DNA from: a virus
Taxonomy: Duplodnaviria; Caudoviricetes
Length of the DNA: 54,268 nt
IMG/VR virus record: IMGVR_UViG_3300032884_000021
Span: 1-54,268 of that record
Direction: 5' to 3' (one strand)
The notes below the pieces were generated by a model that saw only the letters and a program-made list of their open reading frames with translations, was not told the DNA's origin and did no database searches. Below are positions 37,301 through 45,814 of the stretch, piece after piece. The first letter of the stretch is position 1. Every line of letters begins with the position of its first letter. Position numbers and translations under genes: made by a program.

Positions 37301-38014
37301 GCTGGCCACAACCATCTCGACATTCACGCCTTCACGCTCGAATTTTCCAAACATGATAGCGGTCTGCTCGAAGGTCAGCCCCAACATGCGCATAGGGACT
37401 CCGAAGTCGGTCATCAACTGGCTCAAATGGCCCATGTCAATCCTGGTGAGCTGAGATACCCGTAGTAGGGTATTTAGGGCATCGGATTGTTTTTCGGTGG
37501 CAATTGACCAATCACCAAAAAGGCGGGATGTGAGCCGGATCGCTGATCCAACATCCATTCCAGAAACGTCTGCAAACTCCAGCATGGTAATGGTCATCGC
37601 TTTCAGGGCTTCTCCAGCCAGACCAGATCTCTGCTTCATTTCCCCGAAAGCAATCGCCACATCCTGCAAACTCTCATCCTCTTTGGAGAAAATATCCCGG
37701 ACTATGGCTCCATAGTTTTTAAGGTCTTGGCCCGTCGCGCCGGTAGTGACACGGACGATATTCATGGCCTTTTTGAATTCGCTCGCAGCATTCATGGCAT
37801 AGCCACCGATAAGGACAAACGGAGCGGCTATGACGGCACTGTATTTCCCCACCTGCATGGCGGCATCTTCCATGCCTTTCATGGCCTTCACGAACCCGGA
37901 GGCGCTCTTCTGAGACTTCACCGCAAGCTCATCAAGATTCGTCTGGATCTTCACGAGTTCGGTTGCCACTTTCCCGCGATCATCCATTTTGGTTACGAAT
38001 ACAAGCTCAGGCAC
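34370..38014 (-). CDS. Tail tape measure protein
   Basis: 1214 aa, Ala/Gly-rich helical, TGATG motif, central hydrophobic segment; follows the chaperone genes. Confidence 0.93.
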   Translation of the reverse strand: MPELVFVTKMDDRGKVATELVKIQTNLDELAVKSQKSASGFVKAMKGMEDAAMQVGKYSAVIAAPFVLIGGYAMNAASEFKKAMNIVRVTTGATGQDLKNYGAIVRDIFSKEDESLQDVAIAFGEMKQRSGLAGEALKAMTITMLEFADVSGMDVGSAIRLTSRLFGDWSIATEKQSDALNTLLRVSQLTRIDMGHLSQLMTDFGVPMRMLGLTFEQTAIMFGKFEREGVNVEMVVASLGRSLSAFNRMGIKPGEGLQQAIADMKTGTLKQATDLAKKLVGGRPGVAENFAGAAREGRLDLEPLLKLLAASTDTIAKAKEETKTFTDRLTEMKNAVEAAFIPLGAELNVRLNATFIPLMRDMAATIVNLVAGFNALPGGVKDGVIAFGAVASALAVGAPMFGFWIVGVLKLAAALKVLAVAAAAHPIVLLGVTLSTAAFLGVTKWQDRAENAKAIEEAKASLAAGIAGREKTLNANIKYLNSVGVPIPSPAIGATMADMDNYEVLINKIYAAYVKTVPKVQLLSSAHKQLTGTTMELAQAHGALSNAKTALIRKTLAELQADSESTKARDEKVKSFKESQVITETELGAMKVLEAQGVPVWKMYEMVSAKMDKITESSDPLIKKLLEMKAAMGTGKEAYELSVKLAEAEGKIQSIFLNRGQAKFDVPGPKTLYVPSLEEWQAEQMEKTTAAQGKFAEALYDNVANFKNYRNELTLTIGTINQLAVDGEDLRLIYEQFGGVLENQPEMLSKATTKILEQGKMLSIINDGWKNIGKTIETSISGAFSDMLSHAKTLKDALAGIWDSIKRSFTDMLGAMVSAFMMRFLTPILTQIRGQATGTGSLAGGMASMIPSMVMGGGATGGYPMGAYGGGIIGSQSMGGPSLVNGVYTAGGAGSGGRMSALGGALGPYGIFGGTMGASLGGNYLGGVMGGGTAGSILGMAAGGIGGAFAGAGIAGAMGIGTASMSGLLAAMGGTVVLAPIVAAIAAAALINHLYKSPADRAAQETHNDFGGINMTTKTFEQFAASLGLGKRQYEGIRKDLTSSPKFLTEIAYPLAQQQGKMTEFLKSLEAVSTAWGTFNFRTAFEAWVKTGNSDALNKAFTSAFATSQALQQNLPDWRNVLAASGAAGSSTSPVRLPINRPITTTPVAPVTPSPIITPTARPVPQQIIFSPTINAVDGADVTRVMRDKLFPAFIDMLKNNTASSRQQLTQVLT

Positions 38015-38027
38015 GTTATTCTCCCTC

Positions 38028-38489
38028 TTACTCCGTAGGTGTTAAAGGATTGGAAGCCATTGTTTTCTGACGTTCCGATTCCCACCAATAAACCCGCAAA
38101 AGCTGGAACTCCATAGCGTCCAGCAGGGAAAGGCTCTGAATGAGACCCATCTTTACGGCATCGTAAATGAAGGCAATCCTGTCAATCTCCAATCGCCATT
38201 GTTCTACCAGCTCTGACGATTCTTCCGGTTGCTCTTTTTGGGGATTCTTTTCGCAGCCATAGCAGGCGGAAGGAACCACCATGAGCTTTAAACACGTAAT
38301 TCCTTCTTGCCGAAGGCGCTTAATTTTCGTTTCCTGCTCCCCAGGGGTATCCAAGCTCGGATTAATTACAAACGGCCATAATTCCGCCCATCTAGGCTCG
38401 TCGGGGCAATCCTGGCTTTGGCCGCTCATTCCTGTAAGCCATAGCTTTACTGCCTGCCGGAACTGCTCGATACCCTCTATTCGTTTTTT
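38028..38489 (-). CDS. Tail assembly chaperone frameshift extension (gpT-like)
   Basis: Open in the -1 frame from the slippery site through track ORF 38028..38429. Confidence 0.75.
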   Translation of the reverse strand, partial: KKRIEGIEQFRQAVKLWLTGMSGQSQDCPDEPRWAELWPFVINPSLDTPGEQETKIKRLRQEGITCLKLMVVPSACYGCEKNPQKEQPEESSELVEQWRLEIDRIAFIYDAVKMGLIQSLSLLDAMEFQLLRVYWWESERQKTMASNPLTPTE

Positions 38490-39241
38490 GAGAGAAGTTC
38501 ATTGTCGAAAAGAGACCCGATAGCCAGGGCTTTGTGGATATAGGGAATAACCCCTATCCACTCGGATTTGTTCCCCTGTGCGACATCGTTTCCATTGATG
38601 GTGTACCCGTCCACCTTTTCAATCATGGAATTGTATAAATCGTTGACGCGTCGGTGGTCTTCGGGAACGCTCATGACCCCTTTGTCGGCCATGCCGATTG
38701 ACATCCGTTTATCATACTTTCGGACATCATTGGCCGTAGGGTTTCGAAAGCTATGCGCAGTGCGAATAACATTTTCACCCCACTGATCATCGCAAGCAGT
38801 AACCATAACCACGATTTCGTTTCCGCCAAGCAGGTCATCCAGAGTGACTTGGTCGCCGGTTTCGACTGAAGATTCCGCCTTTTCCACTCTGGCGCAACCA
38901 TACCCGAAAGCCCCAACGATCCTTTCCCTGATCCTCAGTTTTGCGTCAGCTTTCTCCACAACATCCAGGCCACCAGCATCCCCGTTGCCAACGCGAATGG
39001 AAACAAAATGCTGATTAAATAGATCGTTAATCAGCTCCGGGTTGTTCCCATTGTCCTTGTAGAACCGTTCCCCACGACGGACCTCCCAGCGACCCTGGAT
39101 GGCGTTTCGGAACGATATCATTTTCTCGTTATCCACCCGTTTCATGGTGATAAAGATGGGAACAGTTACGTCCCCACCCTTGGTTGTATGCTTTACATCG
39201 ATCCGGAATCTTAATTCCGATTGTAATTCATATTTCATCAA
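38477..39241 (-). CDS. Tail assembly chaperone (gpG-like)
   Basis: Between tail tube and tape measure genes; ends at a slippery site. Confidence 0.75.
   Translation of the reverse strand: MMKYELQSELRFRIDVKHTTKGGDVTVPIFITMKRVDNEKMISFRNAIQGRWEVRRGERFYKDNGNNPELINDLFNQHFVSIRVGNGDAGGLDVVEKADAKLRIRERIVGAFGYGCARVEKAESSVETGDQVTLDDLLGGNEIVVMVTACDDQWGENVIRTAHSFRNPTANDVRKYDKRMSIGMADKGVMSVPEDHRRVNDLYNSMIEKVDGYTINGNDVAQGNKSEWIGVIPYIHKALAIGSLFDNELLSKNE
38483..38489 (-). other. Programmed -1 frameshift slippery heptamer A AAA AAC
   Basis: TCA AAA AAC GAA TAG at the end of the chaperone; the -1 frame reads KKRIEGIEQFRQAVKLWLTGMSG. Confidence 0.8.
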
Positions 39242-39248
39242 ATATTTC

Positions 39249-40283
39249 CTATCCAGAGACCAGTAATTCGGTTCCAGCGGTAGCGGTCTGCACCGTAAAA
39301 GACACGACAGAATCGGTGAGGTGTTTCAGTACGGTTTGCTCGTTGAATGCCAGCGTAAGCGCCACCATTTGGCCCTCTTCGCTTTGTTCCCCCGAGGCGA
39401 TTATCAGATGGGGAATCTCAATCTTCACTTGATATTTGTAGATGGTAGCCCCAATCGTAGAACCGCCCAAGGTGATCGTCAACCCACATTCGGTTCCGTT
39501 GACAAACAGAGCCAGAAGAGTTGAATCAATCAATACCCTCAAGTTGCCGGTCACGCCCTGCTGACCTCGGAAAAAGTAGGTCGGTTTCCCAATATCAGCG
39601 GAAAGCTCCCCGGGCACCCAGAAAGGCTCCGGGTTCTGGGTTACCTGTATTTGTCCGCCAATTACGCTGGTGCTGATGTTCTGCTCAGCACCGGAAACTC
39701 CAAAGGTAAACGTTCCTGCCAGGGTTTTAAAGAAGCAAGGTTCAGAATCCAAATCCGGCATGGCTAAAACGCAAGTCGCCACATCGCGGGCCTGGCCCTC
39801 AGTAGTGATTTTTACATGGTCTTTGGTCCCCAGCTCCAAGCTGAAACTATTCAGAACAGCGCCCAGAATGTAGCGCTTGAAGGACGCTCCGCCTTCCTCG
39901 ATGAGAGTGGTATAAATGCACTCCTGAGCTGTGGCCTTGTTCTCAAACTCGATTTTATGGGAATATGCCCCGGCTATCAATGTGCTTGAGGTTACTTTTC
40001 CCATCACCATCAGAGGAATGTAAAGCGCCGACAATGGACTGAGACTGTATCCACGGGAGGGAATTCGCCACAACCTGGTAATCCTGTCATACCACGTGGC
40101 AAAATCATGCCCCTTTCCATAGCGGTCCCGGTCACTCACGGCATTCGGGAATTCAATGGTGGTAGGCGCGAACCCCTCCATCGGCAAACTATGAATCAGC
40201 TTCGCGTCGGCAATCTTGGTTTTGATGTCCGACTGCTTATTCGTGGTGAACGCATATCGGTACGCTTTGGATGCAATAGGCAT
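39249..40283 (-). CDS. Major tail tube protein
   Basis: Position, size and beta-rich composition; GGAGGG RBS. Confidence 0.75.
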   Translation of the reverse strand: MPIASKAYRYAFTTNKQSDIKTKIADAKLIHSLPMEGFAPTTIEFPNAVSDRDRYGKGHDFATWYDRITRLWRIPSRGYSLSPLSALYIPLMVMGKVTSSTLIAGAYSHKIEFENKATAQECIYTTLIEEGGASFKRYILGAVLNSFSLELGTKDHVKITTEGQARDVATCVLAMPDLDSEPCFFKTLAGTFTFGVSGAEQNISTSVIGGQIQVTQNPEPFWVPGELSADIGKPTYFFRGQQGVTGNLRVLIDSTLLALFVNGTECGLTITLGGSTIGATIYKYQVKIEIPHLIIASGEQSEEGQMVALTLAFNEQTVLKHLTDSVVSFTVQTATAGTELLVSG

Positions 40284-40291
40284 AAGCCCTC

Positions 40292-40804
40292 CTATGGGTT
40301 AGTTTGTAATTCGATTGATTCTAAAAATTGTTTTGTCCAGCCGGACATGCTCCTGACCATCGTACCACGAAGAACGGCGACCTTCTCTTCCCAGCCTTTA
40401 CGGTAATCATGATATTGCGAGTCTTCCATCGGGGCACCGGCGATAGCGATGTCATCGTACCCAGCCCAAATTCCACACATAACAGCGAACAGGACTGTAG
40501 TGCCACTTACCGTCGGGGCCTTCATTACCAGAGCCGGTCGCCCCTCTAAAAGTAATTCTCCAACCATCCAATTAGAAATGATTTGGTAGTTGTTATTCGT
40601 GTAATTGATAGCCGCCCTTCGCTGCACCCACTCTTTCCCAAAATACAGATTGTCGGGATGGAGCGTTACCAGAACATCTATATGCTGGCTATACATTACC
40701 GCCGCTTCATTGCAGGCGTATACGTCGTATTTATGGTAATCATCCAGAGAATGAATATCGTCCCACATGCGTTCATGGGAACCGATAATCAGGAGCTTCT
40801 TCAT
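40292..40804 (-). CDS. Rossmann-like protein resembling MAF_flag10/sialyltransferase-like glycosyltransferases
   Basis: LLIIGS...VYACN...TLHP...SGTTVLFAV...GYDDIAIAGAPM pattern. Confidence 0.5.
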   Translation of the reverse strand: MKKLLIIGSHERMWDDIHSLDDYHKYDVYACNEAAVMYSQHIDVLVTLHPDNLYFGKEWVQRRAAINYTNNNYQIISNWMVGELLLEGRPALVMKAPTVSGTTVLFAVMCGIWAGYDDIAIAGAPMEDSQYHDYRKGWEEKVAVLRGTMVRSMSGWTKQFLESIELQTNP

Positions 40805-41208
40805 TGACCTTCGTACCCCTCAACTACAATCGTAGCCATGGCTGCTGCCCACCGGGCATCCTCATGAAACTGCGTCATTATGTTACTCACATAATAGGAT
40901 GCCCCCGTAGATGTTGTGGTCAGAGCTGTTACCATGGCAATCACTTCCTCAATCATGTCGGTCAGTTCCAGGGTGAGGTGATTCGTATAGGTCTTAACCA
41001 CAATTAAAGCCGAAAACTGCGCTCGTGTGTTGGTCGGGTGAATTCGCTTCAGGTCAGAACAGTCCCGGCTAACGCTATCCAGGGAAATGGAAAAAAAAGA
41101 ATCGCTGGAAATAAAGTCCGGCTGGCGCGGGGTAAGCACAACGGCAGGAAGAGTTGTACTTTCCAAGAAGGCATCTCTCAAGGCGATTGTTACATCTCGT
41201 AATGTCAT
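40801..41208 (-). CDS. Tail terminator-like protein
   Basis: Position and size only. Confidence 0.5.
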   Translation of the reverse strand: MTLRDVTIALRDAFLESTTLPAVVLTPRQPDFISSDSFFSISLDSVSRDCSDLKRIHPTNTRAQFSALIVVKTYTNHLTLELTDMIEEVIAMVTALTTTSTGASYYVSNIMTQFHEDARWAAAMATIVVEGYEGQ

Positions 41209-41211
41209 AAT

Positions 41212-41703
41212 TTAAATCGGAATCACATATCGTTCTTTAAATGCTGCATTCAGCCACCCCTGGTATGCAGTCTCAGCCGTAACCGTAAAAACACCCTGAA
41301 GTTTATGCAACGTGGGGCGCAGGAACGGACGAGCTTTCTGTGCCGGTAAAACCACCCGCTTGGAGAAGGCATATATCCTGCCCTTTGGGCCTTTAATTAC
41401 TGCCCCGCCTTTGCCGGTCATTTGACCAATGGGCCACGCCAAGGCTTTCTTATTTTTTGGGACAATGATGGTTTCTTTGTCCCATCCAAGTTCCCATGCT
41501 ATTCCATAATCAACAGAGGTGCCGAATTCGAATCCGTCTTTTTCGGGTGTCAGCCTGGAAAAGATGCGGTTTACCAGATTCCCAGTGCGCCGTTTAAGCA
41601 CTTGCCCATTAAGAAATTCTTTACGGCACACCGTAACACAGCGAATGCCGCTCTCCATGGCCCACTTGGCCCTGATCTTATTAAAACTGTCGTATAAATC
41701 CAT
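41212..41703 (-). CDS. Neck protein (HK97 gp10-like)
   Basis: RTGNL...GTSVDYG..WELG...PKNKKALAW...ARPFLRP. Confidence 0.75.
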   Translation of the reverse strand: MDLYDSFNKIRAKWAMESGIRCVTVCRKEFLNGQVLKRRTGNLVNRIFSRLTPEKDGFEFGTSVDYGIAWELGWDKETIIVPKNKKALAWPIGQMTGKGGAVIKGPKGRIYAFSKRVVLPAQKARPFLRPTLHKLQGVFTVTAETAYQGWLNAAFKERYVIPI

Positions 41704-41713
41704 AACAGCCCTG

Positions 41714-42082
41714 CTAGAAACTTATCCTGGTTACCGGTATACCTGTCGAGAGAAGAACCCCCTCAACGTTTGAAATTTGAGGAGTAGACCCGTCAGGGAA
41801 TGTAAATTTATCCTGCATTTGGATAGTAATCGGCTCCATGATCGTAATCGTCGGGGTAAGAGCCTGCCCCCCTGCGCTTTGCAATCCAAAGGCGATACCA
41901 GCCGCCGAGATGAATGATTTCCGGTATTCGGACATCACCTTCAGCGTGGCTTTGGTTCCATACTGCAAATTGCCATAAGCATCGACAGAGGTAAATGGCT
42001 CGTGGGTTACCTCAATCAGGAAGCCCAGGTTATTGACGATATTTTTTGCCGTGGCAACCAGACTATTCAGGTTTAGAGCCAT
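41714..42082 (-). CDS. Head closure-like protein
   Basis: Position after the adaptor; DAYGN motif. Confidence 0.55.
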   Translation of the reverse strand: MALNLNSLVATAKNIVNNLGFLIEVTHEPFTSVDAYGNLQYGTKATLKVMSEYRKSFISAAGIAFGLQSAGGQALTPTITIMEPITIQMQDKFTFPDGSTPQISNVEGVLLSTGIPVTRISF

Positions 42083-42585
42083 TAGGACCTCACCAGCTTA
42101 ACCAGCCCGCCACTTGATTGGGCAACCTGCCCCTTGAGACGCCCCCAAAGATGCAGCATTTCCACTACCCTATCCGGGATAGGCTTCCTGGTGGTCTGCT
42201 TATCTTTGAAGTTAAGACTCACCGATCCAAGACTCAAACTGGCAAGGTTGTCAGAATCGGAATCCAGGGTTCTATCTGTCCCCAACAAATCCATGGCAAG
42301 CTCTGCCGTCGCTTCTTTCAATAAGGTGGGAATCGTATAATCAACGACCTCTCCAGTAGGCCCAAACAATCCAAGTCGCGGCCATTGCTTGAGTTGTCCT
42401 ATCGTTACCGGGCCCCCTTCAAAAATAAAGGATGTATCAATCAGCCGCGTGGACATCACCAGGGCGATGTTTTGGTCGCCGATATCAGCATCCGACCAAA
42501 CGGTAGAATGCAGTCGGGCAGCGAAATAGGTATCCGCATCAGCCTTAGTGCAATACGAATTGTTGCCGTCCGCTATTGTAGCCAT
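42082..42585 (-). CDS. Head-tail adaptor (DnaT-like phage family)
   Basis: NSYCT..DADTYF...W...AL..STR.ID...Q.KQWPR...LKEATAELA. Confidence 0.8.
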   Translation of the reverse strand: MATIADGNNSYCTKADADTYFAARLHSTVWSDADIGDQNIALVMSTRLIDTSFIFEGGPVTIGQLKQWPRLGLFGPTGEVVDYTIPTLLKEATAELAMDLLGTDRTLDSDSDNLASLSLGSVSLNFKDKQTTRKPIPDRVVEMLHLWGRLKGQVAQSSGGLVKLVRS

Positions 42586-42839
42586 TGTTCACCGCCGGTT
42601 AAAGCCTTCGGTTTACGCGGTCGCCCGCGACCTCGCCGATGACTGATTTCTTTTGAACTGGCCCGTTCGTCAAGAACGGTATCTGAAAGTGCAAGATTTC
42701 TTATGGGGGTGGAGGTTTCAACAAACCGCTCTTCCCATAAGATGTGCTTCTCATGGTTGAAATCGGTGGCGTTGATAATCAAATAATCACCGGGTTTGTC
42801 GGGGTCACATATCGTTATCGTGGGTATTGATTTATCCAT
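42573..42839 (-). CDS. Small post-capsid protein with AT-hook-like RGRGRPRK
   Basis: ATG 42839 follows the hairpin; YLIINATDF motif; basic tail. Confidence 0.55.
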   Translation of the reverse strand: MDKSIPTITICDPDKPGDYLIINATDFNHEKHILWEERFVETSTPIRNLALSDTVLDERASSKEISHRRGRGRPRKPKALTGGEQWLQ

Positions 42840-42855
42840 GAGACTCGCGGATTTC

Positions 42856-42886
42856 GGGCGCTGCTCCTCAAGATAGAGCAGCGCCC
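42856..42886 (-). terminator. Hairpin downstream of the capsid gene
   Basis: GGGCGCTGCTC-N9-GAGCAGCGCCC; no clear U-tract. Confidence 0.45.
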
Positions 42887-42904
42887 CGGGGGATAAGAAC
42901 CGAA

Positions 42905-44065
42905 TTATCCGCGAATACGACAAGCCATGTTGGGCACCAAGCACTTGAACCCGAACAGGATGTCGAAAGCAGAGATTAGGCAGCTATAATCCCCATCGTA
43001 GTATAGCCGGTTGCGGATTGACAGGTTGGTTATGGGGTCGGATACGGACGCGATCTTAACGCCTAGGCCAAGACCATCAGCAATGTCAGGAAGAGGAGCC
43101 GTAGCCAAACAGAAAGCGTTGCGGTGAAACATCAGATTGGCAACGTGATCGTCAAGGTATACCGTCACTACCGCGTTATTGGCGGCTTCCTTTTGCAGGA
43201 CGGGCCAAATACTAACGGAAGCAAAGGCATTGGCGCTAGCCGTTGCGGTGGCGGTGACTGCGTATTTCTGGGAATCTCCGGCAATAGAGAAGACATCGCC
43301 AGAAACCAGGGTTCCAGTGACGGAAACGGCGTCAAGCGCAATAGTCGAAGACCCAACGGCAGTAAGCAGATTTACAGCCAAGGTGCTGACACTACAGGTT
43401 CCCTTGACGTGACTGATGACATTTTGATTGGCAAAAATCTCCGCCCCGAACCTGGTCCCGATGGTTCCGCGAAGCTGCGTCTCGACTCCGGCTTGCCCGG
43501 CCCCGTTCGACGTGTTGAACGCAGCCAGATTCAGAAGATTGGCTTCCATGTCGGAATTGACCATCATATGGATATCTCCACCGTTCACGTCCACCTTGTT
43601 GTCAAAAAGGATTTTGCGAGCGTTGGTGATATCTTTGGTGGAAGTGGTTCCTTCGGCGTCAACAAACCAGGGGACCTTCAGAGCCAGATCACACAGATAC
43701 AGGTCGATTGCATCCGCCAGGCCGTAGACGGCCCGGGGCAGGTGATGTTGCATCACGAGATCGATATTTCCACCCATGTGGCTGATTTCTTTATCCGTGA
43801 TGGCGATTTTAACTTCCTTCCAGTAGTCCAGGCTTACCTGGACTTCGCTGGGCGTCAGGTTGGTGATTGCGGCAGGGGCATCTCCAGCCGTAAAGGACTG
43901 CGGGCTGGGGATCGAGATCAACTTGCCTTTTTCGGATTTCTGAGCGCTATACCCCCGGTGAACCCGAGCTGCCATACCAAGGGCTTTTTGCAAGAAAGGC
44001 AAAGCGTCCAAAGCATAACGGACGGGATCATAAGACGATAAAAAAACATTACTAGGTGAAGCCAT
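42905..44065 (-). CDS. Major capsid protein (P22 coat-like, HK97 fold with insertion domain)
   Basis: 386 aa after the scaffold; LADAID, GTIGTRFG, NLMFHRNAFCLA, FDILFG motifs; AAGGAG RBS. Confidence 0.88.
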   Translation of the reverse strand: MASPSNVFLSSYDPVRYALDALPFLQKALGMAARVHRGYSAQKSEKGKLISIPSPQSFTAGDAPAAITNLTPSEVQVSLDYWKEVKIAITDKEISHMGGNIDLVMQHHLPRAVYGLADAIDLYLCDLALKVPWFVDAEGTTSTKDITNARKILFDNKVDVNGGDIHMMVNSDMEANLLNLAAFNTSNGAGQAGVETQLRGTIGTRFGAEIFANQNVISHVKGTCSVSTLAVNLLTAVGSSTIALDAVSVTGTLVSGDVFSIAGDSQKYAVTATATASANAFASVSIWPVLQKEAANNAVVTVYLDDHVANLMFHRNAFCLATAPLPDIADGLGLGVKIASVSDPITNLSIRNRLYYDGDYSCLISAFDILFGFKCLVPNMACRIRG

Positions 44066-44102
44066 AATTAAACTCCTTCAATCGATTCACCGGGGATGGT
44101 GG

Positions 44103-44903
44103 TTATTCGACAAGCTCAAGCCTGGCCCCGGCTTTTTCTGCTTGAGCCTTAGCCGCGTTATATTGCTGTGGGTTTTCCTTAGCAATTTGGCGTGACATGG
44201 TTACGATCCCAGGGTTAGAGCCTGCCGGACGATTGGTGGCCCCACCTCCCTGAGATGGAGGAAAGAAAATTCGTGTAGATGCGTCGGCGCGCTTCTTTTC
44301 GATCCAAGCGCGGGGAGACAAAGGCCGCGCATCCGGGCCGAGCATGATATCTCCGTTTTCCATTGGCACCAGTTCGTTGGCATCATTGAGTTGCCATGTG
44401 CTCTTAGCGACGCCGTTCATGAAAATAGGGATTGCATCAGGAATCATTCCTGCACTGGAAAACTCGCTTTGAAGTTTGGCCTCCAGAAGAGTTTCCTTGA
44501 GTTTGGCGGAGGTCTTGTCGCGCTCGGCCAACAGTCCATCAAGGCTTTTCTGCATGACTGCCATCTTTGCCTCATGATCCTTGGCAAGCCGTTCCAGTTG
44601 GCGCTTGTTCAGCTCTTCGTACTGCTTAGCATCCATCAGCCGCTTGTCATCCAGCTCTTGAACCTTCTTCATCGCCTCACGCGCTGATTCAGGGTCAAGG
44701 TCAGAATACTTTTCGGAGTATTCCTTGAGCTTCTTGGATGCTTCTTTGGCGTTCCTGCGTTCCGCTTCCAGGGCCTTCTTTAGGCCCGAGGTGTCTTCTA
44801 TCCCTTCGGCGTCCAGCCAATAGGCTCCGTCATGCTCTGTGTAAAGTTCACGGAACTTCTCAGGGATTTCGTTGATGTCTTCTACTTTGGACTTGAGCTT
44901 CAT
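44103..44903 (-). CDS. Capsid scaffolding protein
   Basis: IPEKFRELY...LD.EG...GLKKALEAER coiled coil, FPPSQGGGA; GGGAGG RBS. Confidence 0.8.
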   Translation of the reverse strand: MKLKSKVEDINEIPEKFRELYTEHDGAYWLDAEGIEDTSGLKKALEAERRNAKEASKKLKEYSEKYSDLDPESAREAMKKVQELDDKRLMDAKQYEELNKRQLERLAKDHEAKMAVMQKSLDGLLAERDKTSAKLKETLLEAKLQSEFSSAGMIPDAIPIFMNGVAKSTWQLNDANELVPMENGDIMLGPDARPLSPRAWIEKKRADASTRIFFPPSQGGGATNRPAGSNPGIVTMSRQIAKENPQQYNAAKAQAEKAGARLELVE

Positions 44904-44998
44904 GTTTCCTCCCGAAACAAAAACGGCCCCCATCGCGAGAGCCGAAATAGAAAAGGCCGCTCGATATCAACCCTCGCGGCTGAATCAGCGGCCTAAAT

Positions 44999-45020
44999 AA
45001 AAATGGCTCCCGTAGGAGCC
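44999..45020 (-). terminator. Intrinsic terminator
   Basis: GGCTCC-TACG-GGAGCC-ATTTTT after 45035..45523. Confidence 0.7.
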
Positions 45021-45034
45021 CTATGCGGTGCTAA

Positions 45035-45523
45035 TTAAAACTTGGTACAAATATCATAAATGGCCAATATGCCCAATAGGATTGGGAGAAGTCCGTCATA
45101 GATCAACCCCCAAACGAACAGGTATTTGTAGATAGACCACTTGGCAATCTTTTCCTGATAGAACCTTACCTGCGACGGAACGATAATCGGGCTATCCTCT
45201 GTAGGTTTCTGGTTTACTTCGTTGTGTTCCTTAATTTTATCCCGGTAGAACCTGGTCCGATTCTCTACAAAATCGACAATCGCATAATAAAGAAACCCGG
45301 CCAGAAGATAGGCGATAACAGCCGCAAGGATAACCAGAATTTGGAGATGGTTTTCCTTGGGAAGCGCTATCCCGAATCCCTCCAGCTTTTCAGGGTAGAC
45401 ATTGAAGCGTACCATCGCCATGGCAATCAGCCCGATAATTAAAGTGGCGCGTCCCTTTTGCTTTGTTTCCGCTCTGAGCGGAACCTGGAAGGTACTGGGT
45501 ATCGATGATTTTGAGTATTCCAT
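45035..45523 (-). CDS. Membrane protein (about 3 TM segments), moron-like
   Basis: Hydrophobic segments; bracketed by terminators within the head operon. Confidence 0.65.
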   Translation of the reverse strand: MEYSKSSIPSTFQVPLRAETKQKGRATLIIGLIAMAMVRFNVYPEKLEGFGIALPKENHLQILVILAAVIAYLLAGFLYYAIVDFVENRTRFYRDKIKEHNEVNQKPTEDSPIIVPSQVRFYQEKIAKWSIYKYLFVWGLIYDGLLPILLGILAIYDICTKF

Positions 45524-45569
45524 TGTGAACCGTAAACCGGAAATGATTCGTTAAACTGTCCTGAAACTG

Positions 45570-45592
45570 AAAAGCCCGCACTCGGCGGGCTT
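45570..45592 (-). terminator. Intrinsic terminator
   Basis: AAGCCCGC-CGAGT-GCGGGC-TTTT. Confidence 0.7.
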
Positions 45593-45622
45593 GGGTGGAT
45601 GATTCCATCGATGGGGTTATGC

Positions 45623-45814
45623 TTATTTATCCTTCGCCTTGAACTGGATTCCATTATCGCCCGGATACGAGTCATTGTGCGGATGTGCCATAAAATATAT
45701 TTCGTCTGGGATAGCATCTGGGAAGGCTTCGCACTTAGCCTTTTCTCCGACATGATCTGGCTGTTCACGTAGGTTCGAACATTCCAGGCATTGAGGTGGT
45801 AGATATTTACTCAT
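45623..45814 (-). CDS. Small Cys/His protein coupled to MuF (candidate immunity or partner)
   Basis: CLEC...KCEAFPDAIPDEI...H...YPGDNGIQF; ATGA overlap. Confidence 0.7.
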   Translation of the reverse strand: MSKYLPPQCLECSNLREQPDHVGEKAKCEAFPDAIPDEIYFMAHPHNDSYPGDNGIQFKAKDK

